Positions 29,637 to 32,000 of a DNA stretch of 32,000 bases are shown one piece after another (the first letter of the stretch is position 1; each line of letters begins with the position of its first letter). The stretch is from Okeania sp. Its GTDB lineage: Bacteria > Cyanobacteriota > Cyanobacteriia > Cyanobacteriales > Microcoleaceae. The translations under genes and the position numbers were made by a program. Under the pieces are notes generated by a model. The model was not told where the DNA came from. It did no database searches and saw nothing but the letters and a program-made list of their open reading frames with translations. The DNA is taken from positions 30,001 through 62,000 of the forward strand of contig NZ_JAYKGW010000141.1 in the NCBI RefSeq assembly GCF_035285525.1, in the 5' to 3' direction.

Positions 29637-29843
29637 GACAGATTTTACATCAAATTACAAATATATTAAATATTAATATTCAGATTTTTGTAGTGCAGAC
29701 ATCTTGCCCGCAAAAGGTGTTTTTCATCAAAAAATTATAGTATTTTTGTCTGACAGATTTTACATCAAATTCCCAATATCTCAATATATTAAATATTAAC
29801 ATTCAGACATTTGTAGTGCAGGCATCTTTCCCGCGAAAAGTGT
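29637..29843. repeat. Two tandem copies (about 115-bp period) of an element ending in a GTAGTGCAGRCATCTTKCCCGC box
   Basis: GACAGATTTTACATCAAATT..ATTAAATATTAA(T/C)ATTCAGA..TTGTAGTGCAG(A/G)CATCTT(G/T)CCCGC occurs at 29637-29720 and again at 29752-29843. A related box lies at 271-294, and an inverted one at 17926-17942. Confidence 0.85.
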
Positions 29844-29998
29844 CCTTGATTAATATGAAATCTGTTGTAAAATAATGTATTTCTTATCAAGAGAAAACCT
29901 CTTATATTTTAATCATAAAAATTGTCTTAATAATTAGTGTTAGTGTAGTAAGAAAAAAAAGTCCTTATTAAGCTAATAACTGATAACTGATAACTGAA

Positions 29999-30844
29999 TT
30001 AAGTACCAATCGTTTTACAAAAGTCATGCTCAACTAAAAATACATTTGAATAAAGATTAGCAATAATTTGCTTACCTTGTTGTGTTAGTGATAAATATTT
30101 TAAAGCATCTTTTATATAAGGATGAACCCCGTGCCAAAAAAATTGAGGATAATTATCAAGTAGGTCGCTAGGATTTTTATATCCTACCTTTTGGTTAAAA
30201 CCTGTCTCCTCAAATTCATAAAATAAATAACCTATTTTTTTAAGATAACGGGGGTCACTTAACTGACCGATTAAATCTGCCGCCCGTACTAAACCAGGAT
30301 AATTAACAGTATCTTGATGGTCTGATTCTTGCGGCACAGGAAAACGTGTTAATTCAATATTTATCTTAATTATTTCTGCATCAATTAACCGATGACCACC
30401 AAATCTTTCATTAATAAATAATTTCGCTCTATCTACATGATAAGGAGTTAAACTAGCATCAGTACAACCTAAAGGCAAATCAACCATTTCATCTCCTGTA
30501 CCTGTAGCATAACTACCTTTTTTATCTTGCAGACAAACTCCTTTTACATATCCAATATCATGGCAAACTAACGAAATAATATAGTGTAGCCAATCTTCAC
30601 AAGAAACTCCTCCTTCTCTAATATGTTTTCCCCTCAGAATTTCTTGGCCTACAAGAGTTACTAGAATCGTATGTTCAACATTGTGGTAAAGAGCATCACT
30701 ATTAGCAATATTTTCTAGTGCCATATTTCCTGCCCAACCAATAATTTCTTCGTAATTAGATTTATAACCACCATAAGTTCGATGGTAGCCTTCCTTAATT
30801 TTTTCGACAAATGAATTAATTAGGATTTCGGTGGCATTAAACAT
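29999..30844 (-). CDS. HD-domain metal-dependent phosphohydrolase
   Basis: The ORF is 281 aa. YHNVEHTILV ... LVCHDIGY supply the H..HD signature, and the protein is all-helical in character. Confidence 0.75.
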   Translation of the reverse strand: MFNATEILINSFVEKIKEGYHRTYGGYKSNYEEIIGWAGNMALENIANSDALYHNVEHTILVTLVGQEILRGKHIREGGVSCEDWLHYIISLVCHDIGYVKGVCLQDKKGSYATGTGDEMVDLPLGCTDASLTPYHVDRAKLFINERFGGHRLIDAEIIKINIELTRFPVPQESDHQDTVNYPGLVRAADLIGQLSDPRYLKKIGYLFYEFEETGFNQKVGYKNPSDLLDNYPQFFWHGVHPYIKDALKYLSLTQQGKQIIANLYSNVFLVEHDFCKTIGT

Positions 30845-30889
30845 ATTTTATAGTTAACTGATTAAGATTTTTTTTATTCATTTTTATTG

Positions 30890-31260
30890 TAGTTATTAGC
30901 CTTCGGCTATCAGCTAGAAGATATTAACTTATTATCGCATTAAAGCAGAAATTAGTCTGGAAGGAAAATTAAAACTTATGAATAAAACTTTATTAAATTC
31001 AAAAGTTGTTTGCGTAGTATTTCGGAGAAATGCTCAATGCTAATAACCTAAGTATTCAGCCGTCAGCTAGCCTCTTTCAGAGGAGCTACGCTAGCAGCTT
31101 CAGCTATTGTTTTAATTGACAATAAAAGCTTTATTAATTGAGTCAAAATTAAACATTACTATAAAAGTTAGTTCCTTGTACTATTCGCTCTCGGTCAGAA
31201 GTAATTATTTATTACTAATTGCTGATAGCTAAATGCTAATAGCTGAAGACTTACCTAATA
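30890..31260. repeat. Repeat-rich spacer (CAGCTAT/AGCTAAT heptamer remnants plus a GTTTGCGTAG..GAAATGCT box)
   Basis: TTAGCCTTCGGCTATCAGCTAG, GTTTGCGTAGTATTTCGGAGAAATGCTCAATGCTAATA, CAGCCGTCAGCTAGCC and TTGCTGATAGCTAAATGCTAATAGCTGAAG parallel the insertion at 18210-18520. Boundaries are approximate. Confidence 0.45.
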
Positions 31261-31469
31261 ACTCAATAATTTTCGCGACTTCAAAAGGCTAAAACGTTTA
31301 TCTGTAAATGCTTTTAGATTTAATCAGCAGAGCAATAATTATACCAGGTTCAAAATGAGAAATATTTGTACATAAATTATTATGCAATTTACACAAATAT
31401 AAAAAAACTATAATTTTTCTTTAATTTTTCTTTACAATAAATATAAGTCCAATATAGAGGTGAACTAAA

Positions 31470-32000
31470 TTGAAAGAGCTAATTTTACCAGAAAGCTTCA
31501 TCAGAAAGCAACAGAGAAACCATCTAAATGATTCTAACCAAACAGAGATTTCTAACATAGATGGTTCAACACTCTATTCTCCACCAGCCAAAAACCGAGA
31601 AAACATTAACAATACCAAACAATTTCTGGCTCCAGAAAATGGCTTAACGCTTTATTCTCCCATAGCAGAAGATGAAGAAAATGTCAATTATACTAGAGAA
31701 TTTCCCAGTCCCAAAAATCGAGGGGGACCGCAAGGATTAATTTTTGGTGTTGCTATTGGTGTGATTGCTAGTGTGGTGAGTATTCAAGTCATTATTCCCA
31801 GAGTAAACCTAAAGGCAGAAAGTAATACTAAACCCACAGAAACTATTGCCGATGTAGTAGAGACTAATCTTAGTCCTACTATGAGTGTAACAGTAGCCGA
31901 TGTCAAATTAGCAACCGTAGAACGTACCCTTGATGCGACTGGTAGCGTCGTTGCCTTTGACCTGTTACCAGTGTTGCCACAAGCGAACGGTTTGCAAATT
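31470..32000 (+). CDS. Efflux transporter periplasmic adaptor (HlyD/MFP family), 5' partial, continuing beyond the window
   Basis: The frame is open from an in-frame stop at 31461 to the window end, 177 codons. The only plausible start is the TTG at 31470, which lies 7 nt after GAGGTG. There is one transmembrane helix (GLIFGVAIGVIASVVSIQVII). After it, MSVTVADVKLATVERTLDATGSVVAFDLLPVLPQANGLQI is typical of the adaptor beta-barrel/lipoyl entry. Confidence 0.7.
   Translation, partial: MKELILPESFIRKQQRNHLNDSNQTEISNIDGSTLYSPPAKNRENINNTKQFLAPENGLTLYSPIAEDEENVNYTREFPSPKNRGGPQGLIFGVAIGVIASVVSIQVIIPRVNLKAESNTKPTETIADVVETNLSPTMSVTVADVKLATVERTLDATGSVVAFDLLPVLPQANGLQI

Overview
This window is chromosomal DNA from a filamentous, Nostocales-type cyanobacterium. 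Three things support that: the RNA polymerase beta-prime gene is split into rpoC1 and rpoC2, the HIP1 octamer GCGATCGC recurs (for example near 3910, 4091, 7491, 11326, 13870, 15220, 24114), and heptamer tandem repeats (STRR type) sit at almost every gene boundary. The left 14 kb is core housekeeping. It holds rpoB, rpoC1 and rpoC2 on the minus strand, then a TatD-family hydrolase, rpsT and hisD. The middle holds a secreted DUF3747-like protein, a candidate Yfr1-like sRNA, an alpha/beta hydrolase, decayed Uma2-family (DUF820) endonuclease genes, and one orphan 180-aa gene. From 19.9 to 28.2 kb there is a loose glycan-modification cluster. It contains a short-form GDP-mannose 4,6-dehydratase, a fusion of FkbM methyltransferase, GT11-like domain and coiled coil, a TPR protein, a GT2 glycosyltransferase with a coiled-coil tail, and a SAM methyltransferase. 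After that come a lone ABC permease, an HD-domain protein, and the 5' part of an HlyD-type adaptor gene that runs off the window. Nearly all intergenic DNA is filled with several families of small palindromic or MITE-like repeats. I found no rRNA, tRNA or CRISPR array, and no recognisable multi-gene defence or mobile system. The best leads for something undescribed are: (a) a 126-bp tandem array between convergent genes that looks like a tandem sRNA locus, (b) non-coding repeat elements that now form in-frame coding sequence in essential rpoC2, and heptamer arrays that supply stop codons to several genes, (c) the tri-domain FkbM/GT11-like/coiled-coil protein, which lacks the canonical HxRRGD motif, and (d) the orphan gene inside the Uma2 remnants. 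All family assignments come from reading the translations by eye. No searches were run.
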